From the NCBI GenBank assembly GCA_029982205.1, contig JARRCM010000009.1:2042-66041 (forward strand): 64,000 nucleotides of DNA. Reading direction: 5' to 3'. The DNA comes from Thermosediminibacterales bacterium (lineage in GTDB: Bacteria; Bacillota; Thermosediminibacteria; Koleobacterales; JARRCM01). The notes beneath the pieces are model-generated. The model was not told the origin of the DNA, searched no databases, and saw only the letters and a program-made list of their open reading frames with translations. The translations under genes were made by a program, and so were the position numbers. Below, piece after piece: positions 31,106 through 40,166 of the stretch; within the stretch, counting starts at the first letter, position 1, and each line of letters opens with the position of its first letter.

Positions 31106-31489
31106 TTGGAAAAGAAAGATCCCGCGGTTTACTCTATCGGAATAGTTGAGGAGAGAACAGGTTTAACAGGCCGTCAGATAAGGTACTATGAAAAAATGGG
31201 TCTTATTACGCCTGAAAGAACAGAAGGTAAACAGCGTCGTTATTCAGAAAAAGACATCAACCTTCTTCTTAAGATCAAGCAACTTCTATCAGAAGGTCTT
31301 GATATAAAAGGTGTTAAAGAAAAACTAAAAGCAATTAAAGAGGAATTAGATTTAAAAGAAGACCTTTTAAACAGTAAGTATTCCGTCAATATTCCGGGAA
31401 GAAAGGAAATTTCTTCACTTTATCCCGTTTCAGATCGAGCGGCTTTAATTGAATTACTCACCGAAAAAGAAAAGAACAAAAAAGATTAA
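31106..31489 (+). CDS. glnR: MerR-family regulator, GlnR/TnrA-like
   Basis: YSIGIV...TGLTGRQIRYYE..GLI.PERTEG.QRRYS; divergent from glnA. Confidence 0.8.
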   Translation: MEKKDPAVYSIGIVEERTGLTGRQIRYYEKMGLITPERTEGKQRRYSEKDINLLLKIKQLLSEGLDIKGVKEKLKAIKEELDLKEDLLNSKYSVNIPGRKEISSLYPVSDRAALIELLTEKEKNKKD

Positions 31490-31510
31490 GCACGCATTAT
31501 GCGTGCTTTT
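31488..31510. terminator. Terminator between convergent glnR and folK
   Basis: AAGCACGCA-tta-TGCGTGCTTTT. Confidence 0.7.
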
Positions 31511-31560
31511 CATTTATAATTTACCAAGCCTTAAATAAATTACTGCTTATACTTGTATAT

Positions 31561-32070
31561 TTAAGCTTCCCAAACAACATTGAATGCAGCTGTTTTTTGA
31601 ACTGTTTCTGTGTCTTTTAAAATTTCCAAGGCTTTTTTCAACGGCACGCCCCATGGATCTTTAATTTCAGGTTCGATTTCTAATAAGGGCACCAGCACAA
31701 ATGCTCTATTAGTCATTTCAGGATGGGGAATAACAAGGTCAGTTTCATTTAAGATGATATCTTTATAAAGCAATATGTCTATATCAATTGTTCTTGGGCC
31801 CCACTTTATTGTCTTTACTCTTTTTAGGCTTAGTTCTATTTTTTTTATATGTTCTAATAAGTCATGTGGTTCTAAATCCGTATCAATTATTACTGCTAAA
31901 TTAAGAAACCAAGCCTGGTTTTTGTATCCTACAGGTTCGGTCTCATAAACCGAAGAAACTTTTCTTATTTTTGTGGTCTTATCATTTTCCAGCATTTTAA
32001 GAGCCTGTTTTAAATTTTTTTCCCTGTTACCCAAATTCGAACCCAGACTAAGTGCAGCCCAATTCGACAA
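31561..32070 (-). CDS. folK: 6-hydroxymethyl-7,8-dihydropterin pyrophosphokinase
   Basis: LGSNLG, YETEPVG, WGPRTIDIDIL, IPHP, RAFVLVPL; TTG start 32070 after GGAGG. Confidence 0.96.
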   Translation of the reverse strand: MSNWAALSLGSNLGNREKNLKQALKMLENDKTTKIRKVSSVYETEPVGYKNQAWFLNLAVIIDTDLEPHDLLEHIKKIELSLKRVKTIKWGPRTIDIDILLYKDIILNETDLVIPHPEMTNRAFVLVPLLEIEPEIKDPWGVPLKKALEILKDTETVQKTAAFNVVWEA

Positions 32071-32131
32071 CTTACAAAAACCTCCTCGCCGGTTATTCGA
32101 CATTTATTTCCCGGGAAATTAATTTCGACAA

Positions 32132-33313
32132 TCAGGGTCGAACTATTGCATCTGTCATCCGCACAACTCGAGCCATTTCTCTTACATCGTGTACTCTAAC
32201 GATATCAATTCCTTGTGATATTCCCAGTGCAACCGTAGCAGCAGTACCCTCTAATCTTTCATCTACGGGAAGATCCAGTGTGTTTCCTATCATTGATTTT
32301 CTGGAAGTTCCCAGAAGTATTGGTTTTCCCAGACCTTTAAGTTGCCTAAGGTTTCTCATAACCTCAAGATTCTGTTCGGTGGTTTTGCCGAAACCTATCC
32401 CAGGGTCAATTATTATGTTGCCATGGTTGATTCCTGCCCGTTCCGCTTTTTCAATTGATTCTTTAAGAGATGATATTATATCTCCCATAAGGTCTTTATA
32501 ATAAAAATCATCCTTATTGTGCATTAAAATTACCGCACCGTTATATTTAGAAATTACCTGGCCCATTTTGGGATCTGCTTTAAGACCCCAGATATCGTTA
32601 ATAATATGTGCTCCCATTTGTAGCGCCCTTTCTGCCGTTTCTGATTTATAAGTATCTACAGATATAGGAACATCAACCGTTTTAATTAAAGGCTCCAGCA
32701 CAGGTACTAAACGGTTCAACTCTTCTTCCAATGAAATAGGGGTAGAACCCGGTCTGCTTGATTCAGCACCAACATCAATAATATCAGCACCTTGTTTCAC
32801 CATTTCTACAGCCCTTTGAATCGCTTTTTCCCTGTTGTTGTATTTCCCGCCGTCAGAAAATGAGTCAGGTGTTATATTTAATATACCCATTATATATGTT
32901 TTTTCACCTAGCGGCAGGGTGTGTTTGCCCAGTTTAAGCACCTGTGTTTTTTCCCCTTCAAGGTTGTTAAGCAGCTTTTCAATCTCATCAGCTATTTCTT
33001 TTAAACCAAATGGCTGAATTTTAAGTTTGTATAAAAGCCTTTCATACTGTTTTAAGTTGCCCATCAAAAGTATATCGGTCTTTTCGCTGCTAAAATCCAA
33101 TACTGACCTAGAAACAGCTGCCTCTCCGCCTTTTGAAAGCATTTCTTGTTTTATTATATTGGCAGCTTTTGTAGAAACATCGGTAATCTTAATAAGGCGA
33201 AAAACTCCCTTGGGCGCCATGATACTGATAGATGATGCATCAGGTTTAATCTTTCGAATTTCTTCTTTGATCTCTTTAAGGTTATCAGCATACAACACCT
33301 GAAGAGCTGGCAT
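32132..33313 (-). CDS. folP: Dihydropteroate synthase with ~130-aa N-terminal extension
   Basis: MGILNITPDSFSDGG, IIDPGIGFGK, GTSRKS, VRVHDV; extension with AANIIKQEMLSKGGEAA. Confidence 0.95.
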   Translation of the reverse strand: MPALQVLYADNLKEIKEEIRKIKPDASSISIMAPKGVFRLIKITDVSTKAANIIKQEMLSKGGEAAVSRSVLDFSSEKTDILLMGNLKQYERLLYKLKIQPFGLKEIADEIEKLLNNLEGEKTQVLKLGKHTLPLGEKTYIMGILNITPDSFSDGGKYNNREKAIQRAVEMVKQGADIIDVGAESSRPGSTPISLEEELNRLVPVLEPLIKTVDVPISVDTYKSETAERALQMGAHIINDIWGLKADPKMGQVISKYNGAVILMHNKDDFYYKDLMGDIISSLKESIEKAERAGINHGNIIIDPGIGFGKTTEQNLEVMRNLRQLKGLGKPILLGTSRKSMIGNTLDLPVDERLEGTAATVALGISQGIDIVRVHDVREMARVVRMTDAIVRP

Positions 33314-33347
33314 TTACATCCCTCCTTTTGGCTGTTTTATTTATATT

Positions 33348-33920
33348 TTAAGTATCCCTTCCTTTAATCAGGGCTAAAACTTCAGCTCTTGATGCCTCGT
33401 TTTTTCTGAATATTCCTCTGACTGCCGAAGTTACCGTTTTAGCCCCGGGTTTTTTGACACCTCTCATAGACATACACATGTGCTCAGCCTCAATAACCAC
33501 TGCAACTCCGTAAGGTTCAAGAACTTCCATAATTGAATCAGCGATAATAGAAGTAGCCCTTTCCTGTAACTGAGGTCGTTTCGAAACTGTTTCAACTACT
33601 CTTGCAAGTTTGCTCAAACCCGTAAGCTTACCTTTTTTCGGAATATAAGCAACATGTGCTTTCCCTATGAAAGGCAGGAGATGATGCTCACACATCGAAT
33701 AAAATGGTATGTCTCTGACAACAACCATCTCTTCATGGTCTTCATTGAAATATACCTCAAGCTCTTTTTTCGGGTCTTTGTGAAGGCCTGAAAAAAGTTC
33801 ACAATACATCTCGGCAACCCTTTTTGGCGTATCTAATAATCCTTCCCTTTTAGGATCTTCTCCTATGGCTTCAAGTATCATAGTAACTGCTTTTTCTATT
33901 TTTTTCATATCAAAGTTCAT
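33348..33920 (-). CDS. folE: GTP cyclohydrolase I
   Basis: [28 protein letters not shown]. Confidence 0.97.
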   Translation of the reverse strand: MNFDMKKIEKAVTMILEAIGEDPKREGLLDTPKRVAEMYCELFSGLHKDPKKELEVYFNEDHEEMVVVRDIPFYSMCEHHLLPFIGKAHVAYIPKKGKLTGLSKLARVVETVSKRPQLQERATSIIADSIMEVLEPYGVAVVIEAEHMCMSMRGVKKPGAKTVTSAVRGIFRKNEASRAEVLALIKGRDT

Positions 33921-34131
33921 TTCTGCAACACTTCCTTTTTTCGAATTTATGTTATTTTAAATACTATTATACAACAACATTATGTTTTTAAAAGTTTTAG
34001 CATGAAGTTTTAGACAAAAAATTGTATCAAAAAAGGATTTTCCCCCTTTATTATAGAATATTTTTTTGTATGTAGTTAATTTTAAAGCGTCTTATTTTTT
34101 AAAGTTGCTAATCGGGAAGGAGTATGGCTTT

Positions 34132-35508
34132 TTGAAAAGGTCACTGGTTTATACATTCAATCCTTTAGGTGCAGTATTAATAGTGTTATTAATAATTATT
34201 GTATCAGGGTCTCTGGCTTTACTGTTATTGATTTCAAACCCTGACAGTTTCGGTATTGTTACAAATGATTTCAGTTTTAACGAAGTTTATTCATTTCAAA
34301 AATTTGATTTTTCCAGTGATTTCATATCATTTTCTATTAAAGATGCGGGTTATTTGATTCCTGGATATATAGACGATTCAGTATATGGTATCACGATTAT
34401 AGGTAATGGAAGTTATGTATTAAAATCTCCTGACAAAGAACTTCAAGGTTCATTTGATGCGTTATTTATGCCCCTAAGCCCAGAACGCTACATGCAAATT
34501 AGAGACGGGTTTCTTGTTAAAAAAATATATAACTCTGAACCCCTTGAAAAGGCAAGAAAAATATTCGAGGAAAACAAAACCTCATTTTTCCATATTGTGC
34601 TTTTCAATCATATTAGGAGCTTTATCCCTGATCCTGACATATATTTAGGCAGTATTTATTCACAAAACAGAGGCATGATTCGGTTTATAGAAGCCAAAAA
34701 CGTGACATTTATTCCTGAAAAAGGTGAAAAGATAAATTTTAGAAATCCAAAAGCATGTTCAGAATATCCCCCAAACAACCTTTTACCTATCACTTTTTTA
34801 GGCTTGATTATTATTACATTAATATTTAGTCTTACTATATATATACTAACTCTAGATTTAAATACCAAAAAAAACTCGTATCTGTTTAAAGATATTAATT
34901 CAAAAGCCCAAAAAACAAATCTACAATTAACCATCCTCATAATCTCATTTGTGGTGGTTTTCAGCTTAAACACATTATATCACATTTTAAACAACAGCGA
35001 CCTTATTTATCCGATATTTGCTGCACTTTCCCTGGTTATTATGATGAAAAAAGGATATACCTTTTTGGGCATAGGTATTAACAATTCCAATTTTTTAAGA
35101 TGTGTTTTTCTCGGATTAATTATTGCTATTATGGGAATCCTAATAGGGTCTATGGGTGTTATTCCGCGGGGTCTTGATACTCCTCCGGTTAAATTGATTT
35201 TAGTTTCTTTTCTCATTGGTCTTTCTAAAGAAATCTTTTTTAGAGGATTTATCCAAAACTCCCTGGAAAAAGCTTTTGGTTTCTTACCCAGTTTATTAAT
35301 AACGCCTTTTTTAATAGGATTACTGCACTTTATTCCCAATCTCTTACTACCAAACGGGGTGGATTCAAGCAGCCTTTTCAATTCTTTTGCTGTAATTCCA
35401 TCAGTTTCTTTTATTCTCGGCTACTCTTTTTATAAAACAAGGAGTTTAGTGCCATCTACAATATTTCAAACTTTAATCAATCTTGTTCCATTAACTTTAA
35501 TTTATTAA
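34132..35508 (+). CDS. Membrane protein with C-terminal CPBP (CAAX protease/Abi)-like domain
   Basis: KEIFFRGFIQ, GLLHF, KTRSL; multiple TMs; TTG at 34132 after AGGAG. Confidence 0.72.
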   Translation: MKRSLVYTFNPLGAVLIVLLIIIVSGSLALLLLISNPDSFGIVTNDFSFNEVYSFQKFDFSSDFISFSIKDAGYLIPGYIDDSVYGITIIGNGSYVLKSPDKELQGSFDALFMPLSPERYMQIRDGFLVKKIYNSEPLEKARKIFEENKTSFFHIVLFNHIRSFIPDPDIYLGSIYSQNRGMIRFIEAKNVTFIPEKGEKINFRNPKACSEYPPNNLLPITFLGLIIITLIFSLTIYILTLDLNTKKNSYLFKDINSKAQKTNLQLTILIISFVVVFSLNTLYHILNNSDLIYPIFAALSLVIMMKKGYTFLGIGINNSNFLRCVFLGLIIAIMGILIGSMGVIPRGLDTPPVKLILVSFLIGLSKEIFFRGFIQNSLEKAFGFLPSLLITPFLIGLLHFIPNLLLPNGVDSSSLFNSFAVIPSVSFILGYSFYKTRSLVPSTIFQTLINLVPLTLIY

Positions 35509-35509
35509 T

Positions 35510-35555
35510 ACAAAAATTAAGGTAGAGAAATATATTTCTCTACCTTAATTTTTGT
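35510..35555. terminator. Bidirectional terminator (perfect 46-bp palindrome)
   Basis: ACAAAAATTAAGGTAGAGAAATA|TATTTCTCTACCTTAATTTTTGT between convergent genes. Confidence 0.85.
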
Positions 35556-36824
35556 TTATATAATACCTTTTTCTTTAAGCTCATTAATTTTTTCTGTTGA
35601 ATAGCCCAAAAGTTTTGTTAAAACAGCTTCATTATCTTGACCTAAGTAAGGTGCGCCCCTCCAAACTTTACCTGGTGTTTCGCTGAATTTCGGAACAATT
35701 CCAAAGGCTTTAATCGTTTTTCCTAAGGTCTGATCTTCATACTCAATAAAGTCCTCTCTATCCAACCAATGCTTGTCATTTACCGCGTCTTCAGCAGTGT
35801 TGACTTTCGCACACCCTACTCTAAATTTAGCGAGATGTTCTACGACCTCATCAGCGGTTCTTTCTGACACCCATTTTATAGTTAATCTATCAAGCTCTCT
35901 TCCCTTTTCAGAGCTAACTGCCTCAACAGATGAAGCACAATCTTTGAAATTATAATAATCAACATCTAAACCTAATGCTTCAATGAAACGTTTGTATACT
36001 GCCGGACCAAAAGCACCAATCGCAACATACCGATCATCTTTAGTCTTAAACAATCCATACGGCTGAAATGCAGCTGCTTTTACCCCTGTCCTGGTTCTCA
36101 AAACATTTGCTTCAGTCCATGAAACGAATGTATCAGACAGTATTCTTGCATTTGCCTCAAACTGTGCTACATCAACAACCTGACCCTTTCCGGTTTTTTG
36201 TGCATTTATATATGCAGCAAGGGCTCCAAAAAGGGCGTGCAATGCCGAAATATAATCATTTGTCCATGGTTTTGTAAGCATAGGCATAGAAGGCTCTGGA
36301 TCTCCGTTAAGATGCATAAACCCACTGTAAGCCTGGCCAATCATATCGTACGATGCCCGATCACACACTTCAGGAATTCCGCCAAATTGAGGTCTGCCAT
36401 ATCCGCTTATGTGAACTATTACAAGTTTCGGATTTACTTCCATCAGCATTTCATCTGATATCCCGTATTTTTCTAACCACACAAGGTTTTCCATAAATAT
36501 ATCAGCTTTTTTAATAAGACCCAAAAAAATGTCTTTGACTTCAGGAATGGAAAGGTTAAGGTTTAAGGTCATGCTTAATCTGTTTCTGGCATCCTGTGCC
36601 CAGCTTGTGCTCACCTTTTTCCCTTTATATTCAGCAAAAGGTGCTAATCCTCGGTAAGTATCCCCAACTTTCGGTCTTTCAATATGGATTACCTCTGCAC
36701 CAAAGTCAGCCATCATATTTGCCGCATGGGGCATTGCTACTATGCTTCCAGCTGTTATAACCCTAATACCAGACAGCGGTCCAAATTCAGGTACTATAAA
36801 CTGCTCTTTTGAATTGTTGTCCAT
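35556..36824 (-). CDS. Family III CoA-transferase (CaiB/BaiF-like)
   Basis: FGPLSGIRV, ADFGAEVIHIE, RN..S..LNL, SGYG, catalytic Asp in PWTNDY, APYLGQDN. Confidence 0.92.
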   Translation of the reverse strand: MDNNSKEQFIVPEFGPLSGIRVITAGSIVAMPHAANMMADFGAEVIHIERPKVGDTYRGLAPFAEYKGKKVSTSWAQDARNRLSMTLNLNLSIPEVKDIFLGLIKKADIFMENLVWLEKYGISDEMLMEVNPKLVIVHISGYGRPQFGGIPEVCDRASYDMIGQAYSGFMHLNGDPEPSMPMLTKPWTNDYISALHALFGALAAYINAQKTGKGQVVDVAQFEANARILSDTFVSWTEANVLRTRTGVKAAAFQPYGLFKTKDDRYVAIGAFGPAVYKRFIEALGLDVDYYNFKDCASSVEAVSSEKGRELDRLTIKWVSERTADEVVEHLAKFRVGCAKVNTAEDAVNDKHWLDREDFIEYEDQTLGKTIKAFGIVPKFSETPGKVWRGAPYLGQDNEAVLTKLLGYSTEKINELKEKGII

Positions 36825-36858
36825 TAAATATGCCTCCTTTATAAATTGGTTAAATTTT

Positions 36859-37872
36859 TTATTTATTCAACATAGCCTTAAACTTTTTAATCAATTCAGG
36901 AACAATCTCTTCAACTCTTCCTACAATACCGTATGTTGCCACATTAAATATTGGTGCATCAGGGTTTTTGTCAATAGCGACTATGACATCGGCAGACTGC
37001 ATACCTACCGTAAATTGAACGGCCCCTGAAATGCCACATGTAATAATAAGTTTAGGTTTCACAGTTTTACCGCTTTGACCGATCTGATAATATGGAGGAA
37101 GCCATCCTTCATCTACTAAAGGTCTTGTCACACCTATAGTTCCTCCCAAGACATCTGCAAGCTCCTTTATTAATTTAAGGTTTTCTTTAGTTTCTAAACC
37201 GCGTCCACCAGCTACTATAACATCAGCTTCCTCAATTTTAGGCCCTTTTGACTCTTCTTTAGCAGTTTCAATGATTTTAACTGGTATGTCTTCTTCTTTT
37301 ATATTTACCTTCTTTCTAACAATCTCGCCTGTTCTTGAACTGTCCCTTGCCGGCATAGGAAATACTTTTGGCCTTACAGTTGTCATCTGAGGTCTGTGAT
37401 TAGGACAGATTATCTTACACATTATGTTTCCGCCATAGGAAGGTTTTGTCTGAATAAGCAAACCATTATCGTCAACTTCCAAATCCAAGCAATCAGCGGT
37501 CAAACCGGTTTTTAGTCTTGCAGCGACCCTTGGCGCAAGGTCTCTTCCTACAGAAGTCGCTCCATATATTATCATTGACGGTTTGTATTCATTCACCAAT
37601 TCTACCAGTATATCAGTATAGGGGTTTGTGCGGTATTTAGAGAACACAGGTGAGTCAGCCAGAATAACTTCATCTGCTCCAAAATAAATCAGTTCATGTG
37701 CTGTATCCTCCAAATTTTCACCAATCAAAACCGCGCTGAGCTTTTGCCCCAATTTATCGGCAAACTCTCTACATTTACCCAACAACTCGAAAGTTACGTT
37801 TGCAATCACTCCATCCCTCTGTTCCGCAAACACCCATATGCCTTTGTATTCACTGGAATTTGTAGCTGTCAT
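36859..37872 (-). CDS. etfA: Electron transfer flavoprotein alpha subunit
   Basis: GLTADC, GGRG, QIGQSGKTV, GISGAVQ; ATG 37872 after GGAGG. Confidence 0.95.
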   Translation of the reverse strand: MTATNSSEYKGIWVFAEQRDGVIANVTFELLGKCREFADKLGQKLSAVLIGENLEDTAHELIYFGADEVILADSPVFSKYRTNPYTDILVELVNEYKPSMIIYGATSVGRDLAPRVAARLKTGLTADCLDLEVDDNGLLIQTKPSYGGNIMCKIICPNHRPQMTTVRPKVFPMPARDSSRTGEIVRKKVNIKEEDIPVKIIETAKEESKGPKIEEADVIVAGGRGLETKENLKLIKELADVLGGTIGVTRPLVDEGWLPPYYQIGQSGKTVKPKLIITCGISGAVQFTVGMQSADVIVAIDKNPDAPIFNVATYGIVGRVEEIVPELIKKFKAMLNK

Positions 37873-37885
37873 CCTTATCAACCTC

Positions 37886-38668
37886 CTATAACACTTTCTT
37901 TTCCCTGAGTTTTTCAAACAGGGTGTTTGCGATCTCTTCTGCGGTACCTTGAATCATTTCTACTTCAGTAGTCTTCTCAGGTGTAAATATATCCACCACT
38001 TGTGTAGGTGAACCTTTTAATCCTATTTGTTCCGGGTCTGCGTTGAGTTCACTTGCCGACCATATGGGGATTTCTTTACGAGCGGCCTTCATTATTTTAA
38101 TAGGTGATGGGTATCTCGGTTCATTAAGTTCTTTTGTTGTTGTAATAACTGCCGGCAGTTTTACTGTTACCTTTTCTACCGCATCTTCTAACAGCCTTTC
38201 CGCAACAACAGCGTCATTTTCAAGCTTAAGGCTTTTTACAAATGTTATTTGAGGTATTCCCAACCTCTCAGCAATCTCCGGGCCAACCTGGCCTGTATCA
38301 GCATCTACTGCATGCTTGCCGCAGAAAATCAGGTCATAGTTCCCGATTTTTTTGATGGCTTCTGCCAATACATAGGATGTGGCCAGGGTATCAGCCCCTG
38401 CAAATGCCCTGTCACTGATTAATATCGCTTCATCTACTCCCATGGCTAAAGCTTCTTTTAGAGACTCTTTAAACTGCGGAGGCCCCATGCTTATCGCCGT
38501 TACCTTCCCGCCATACTCATCTTTTATTTTAACCGCTTCTTCTATAGCGTTTTTATCAAAAGGATTAATTACCCCTTCAATGCCCTCTCTAATTAAATTT
38601 TTTGTAACTGGGTCAATTTTTACATCCATAGTATCTGGAACTTGTTTTACACATACTATTATGTTCAT
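37886..38668 (-). CDS. etfB: Electron transfer flavoprotein beta subunit
   Basis: CVKQVPD, NPFD, DRAFAGADTLAT, DADTGQVGP. Confidence 0.96.
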   Translation of the reverse strand: MNIIVCVKQVPDTMDVKIDPVTKNLIREGIEGVINPFDKNAIEEAVKIKDEYGGKVTAISMGPPQFKESLKEALAMGVDEAILISDRAFAGADTLATSYVLAEAIKKIGNYDLIFCGKHAVDADTGQVGPEIAERLGIPQITFVKSLKLENDAVVAERLLEDAVEKVTVKLPAVITTTKELNEPRYPSPIKIMKAARKEIPIWSASELNADPEQIGLKGSPTQVVDIFTPEKTTEVEMIQGTAEEIANTLFEKLREKKVL

Positions 38669-38691
38669 TTTTCTCCACCTTCATAATTTTA

Positions 38692-39834
38692 TTATTTGCT
38701 TCTAAGAACAGTGCTGCCTATAACCATTCTCAGCACTTCCGATGCACCTTCGCCGATTTCTAAAAGTTTTGCATCTCTTAATAGCCTTTCCGGTGCATAA
38801 TCTCTGGTATAGCCATATCCCCCAAGTATCTGTATGGCGTTCTTTGCAGTTTTCATCGCCATTTCAGAACCAAAAACTTTAACCATAGCAGCTTCCTTAC
38901 TGTATCTGATTTTCTTGTCTCTTAAAGTGGCTGTCTTATAAACCATAAGCCTCGTTGCTTCTATTTCCATTTCCATATCTGCAATCATAAACTGAACGGC
39001 CTGGAAGTTTCCAATGGGCTGACCAAAAGCATATCTCTCTTTTGCATATTTTACCGCTATATCTTTTGCAGCCTCCGCCAGGCCAACGGCCATAGCCCCA
39101 ACATGCATACGGCCTCCGTCTAGTGCTACCATTGCAATCTTAAATCCTTCTCCTTCTTTGCCCAAAAGGTTTTCTTTCGGAACTCTGCAGTCTTTAAGGA
39201 TTAGTTCAGTTGTTATTGAACCCCGGCATCCCATCTTGTCTTCTTTTTTACCAATAGAAAATCCGGGGCTGCCTTTTTCAACTATAAAGGTGCTTATCCC
39301 TTTAACGCCTTTTGATTTATCTGTTTTTACTGCGATTACATAAATGTCAGCTGCATCGCCGTTTGTAACAAAAGCTTTTGTCCCGTTTAAAACCCATTCA
39401 TCACCATCAAGCTCTGCAGTAGCTTGAATCGCTGCGGCATCTGAACCTGCTACTGGTTCAGTTAATGAAAATGCTGCAATTTTTTCGCCGGTTAATGCAG
39501 GAGTCAGGTATTTTTTCTTCTGTTCTTCATTACCAAAAAGGTTGATTGCATCTACCGCCAGCCAATGAGCGTCAAGTGTTAATGCCACACTCGCACTGCC
39601 TTTTGCCAGCTCTTCAATTGTAATTACACCACAAACCGAATCGGCACCTGCACCTCCATATTCCTCCGGGTAAGGAATACCGAAAAGCCCGTTTTCTGCC
39701 ATTTTTTTCATGATGTCATACGGAAACTCTCCGGTCCTGTCCATTTCTTCATCTCGAGGCGCCACTTCCTTTTCGGTAAATTCTCTTACCATCTTTCGAA
39801 TCATCTTTTGTTCTTCTGTTAATTCAAAGTTCAA
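38692..39834 (-). CDS. Acyl-CoA dehydrogenase
   Basis: FSLTEPVAGSD, NGTKAFVTN, KMG.RGS, GGYGY, EIGEG. Confidence 0.95.
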   Translation of the reverse strand: MNFELTEEQKMIRKMVREFTEKEVAPRDEEMDRTGEFPYDIMKKMAENGLFGIPYPEEYGGAGADSVCGVITIEELAKGSASVALTLDAHWLAVDAINLFGNEEQKKKYLTPALTGEKIAAFSLTEPVAGSDAAAIQATAELDGDEWVLNGTKAFVTNGDAADIYVIAVKTDKSKGVKGISTFIVEKGSPGFSIGKKEDKMGCRGSITTELILKDCRVPKENLLGKEGEGFKIAMVALDGGRMHVGAMAVGLAEAAKDIAVKYAKERYAFGQPIGNFQAVQFMIADMEMEIEATRLMVYKTATLRDKKIRYSKEAAMVKVFGSEMAMKTAKNAIQILGGYGYTRDYAPERLLRDAKLLEIGEGASEVLRMVIGSTVLRSK

Positions 39835-39933
39835 AGTTCCTCAACCTCCTTTTGATAAATTTATGTCTCAGGATTCATTGATTGTGAAAAAACAAACAAT
39901 GACATTTGTTATATATATGTTATATATAATTAA

Positions 39934-39949
39934 TGCAAGTCTCATGCCA
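39934..39949 (-). promoter_or_regulatory. sigma54 (-24/-12) promoter
   Basis: TGGCATGAGACTTGCA (GG-N10-GC), next to a bEBP gene. Confidence 0.82.
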
Positions 39950-39976
39950 TTATTATTATCTGACTAAGAAAAATAA

Positions 39977-40002
39977 ATATTCCCCTATATATAGGGGAAT
40001 AT
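39977..40002 (-). terminator. Perfect 26-bp palindrome, likely terminator of the bEBP gene
   Basis: ATATTCCCCTATA|TATAGGGGAATAT followed by T-rich tract on minus strand. Confidence 0.55.
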
Positions 40003-40166
40003 AAACAAAAAAGAATTCATGTTAATATATTGCCCTTATGTATTACTTAATAAATATGTGCGTTTACGCATATTGGCTTGCGTTAAAATACATGATTCAA
40101 AACACGAAGCATCTTACAATGCTAAGTTCTATTTTATAATGTGTAATATCGCATATGTTATATGCA

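Noticed and set aside
33921-34131. THF riboswitch upstream of folE
   Set aside because: AT-rich region with no conserved aptamer blocks
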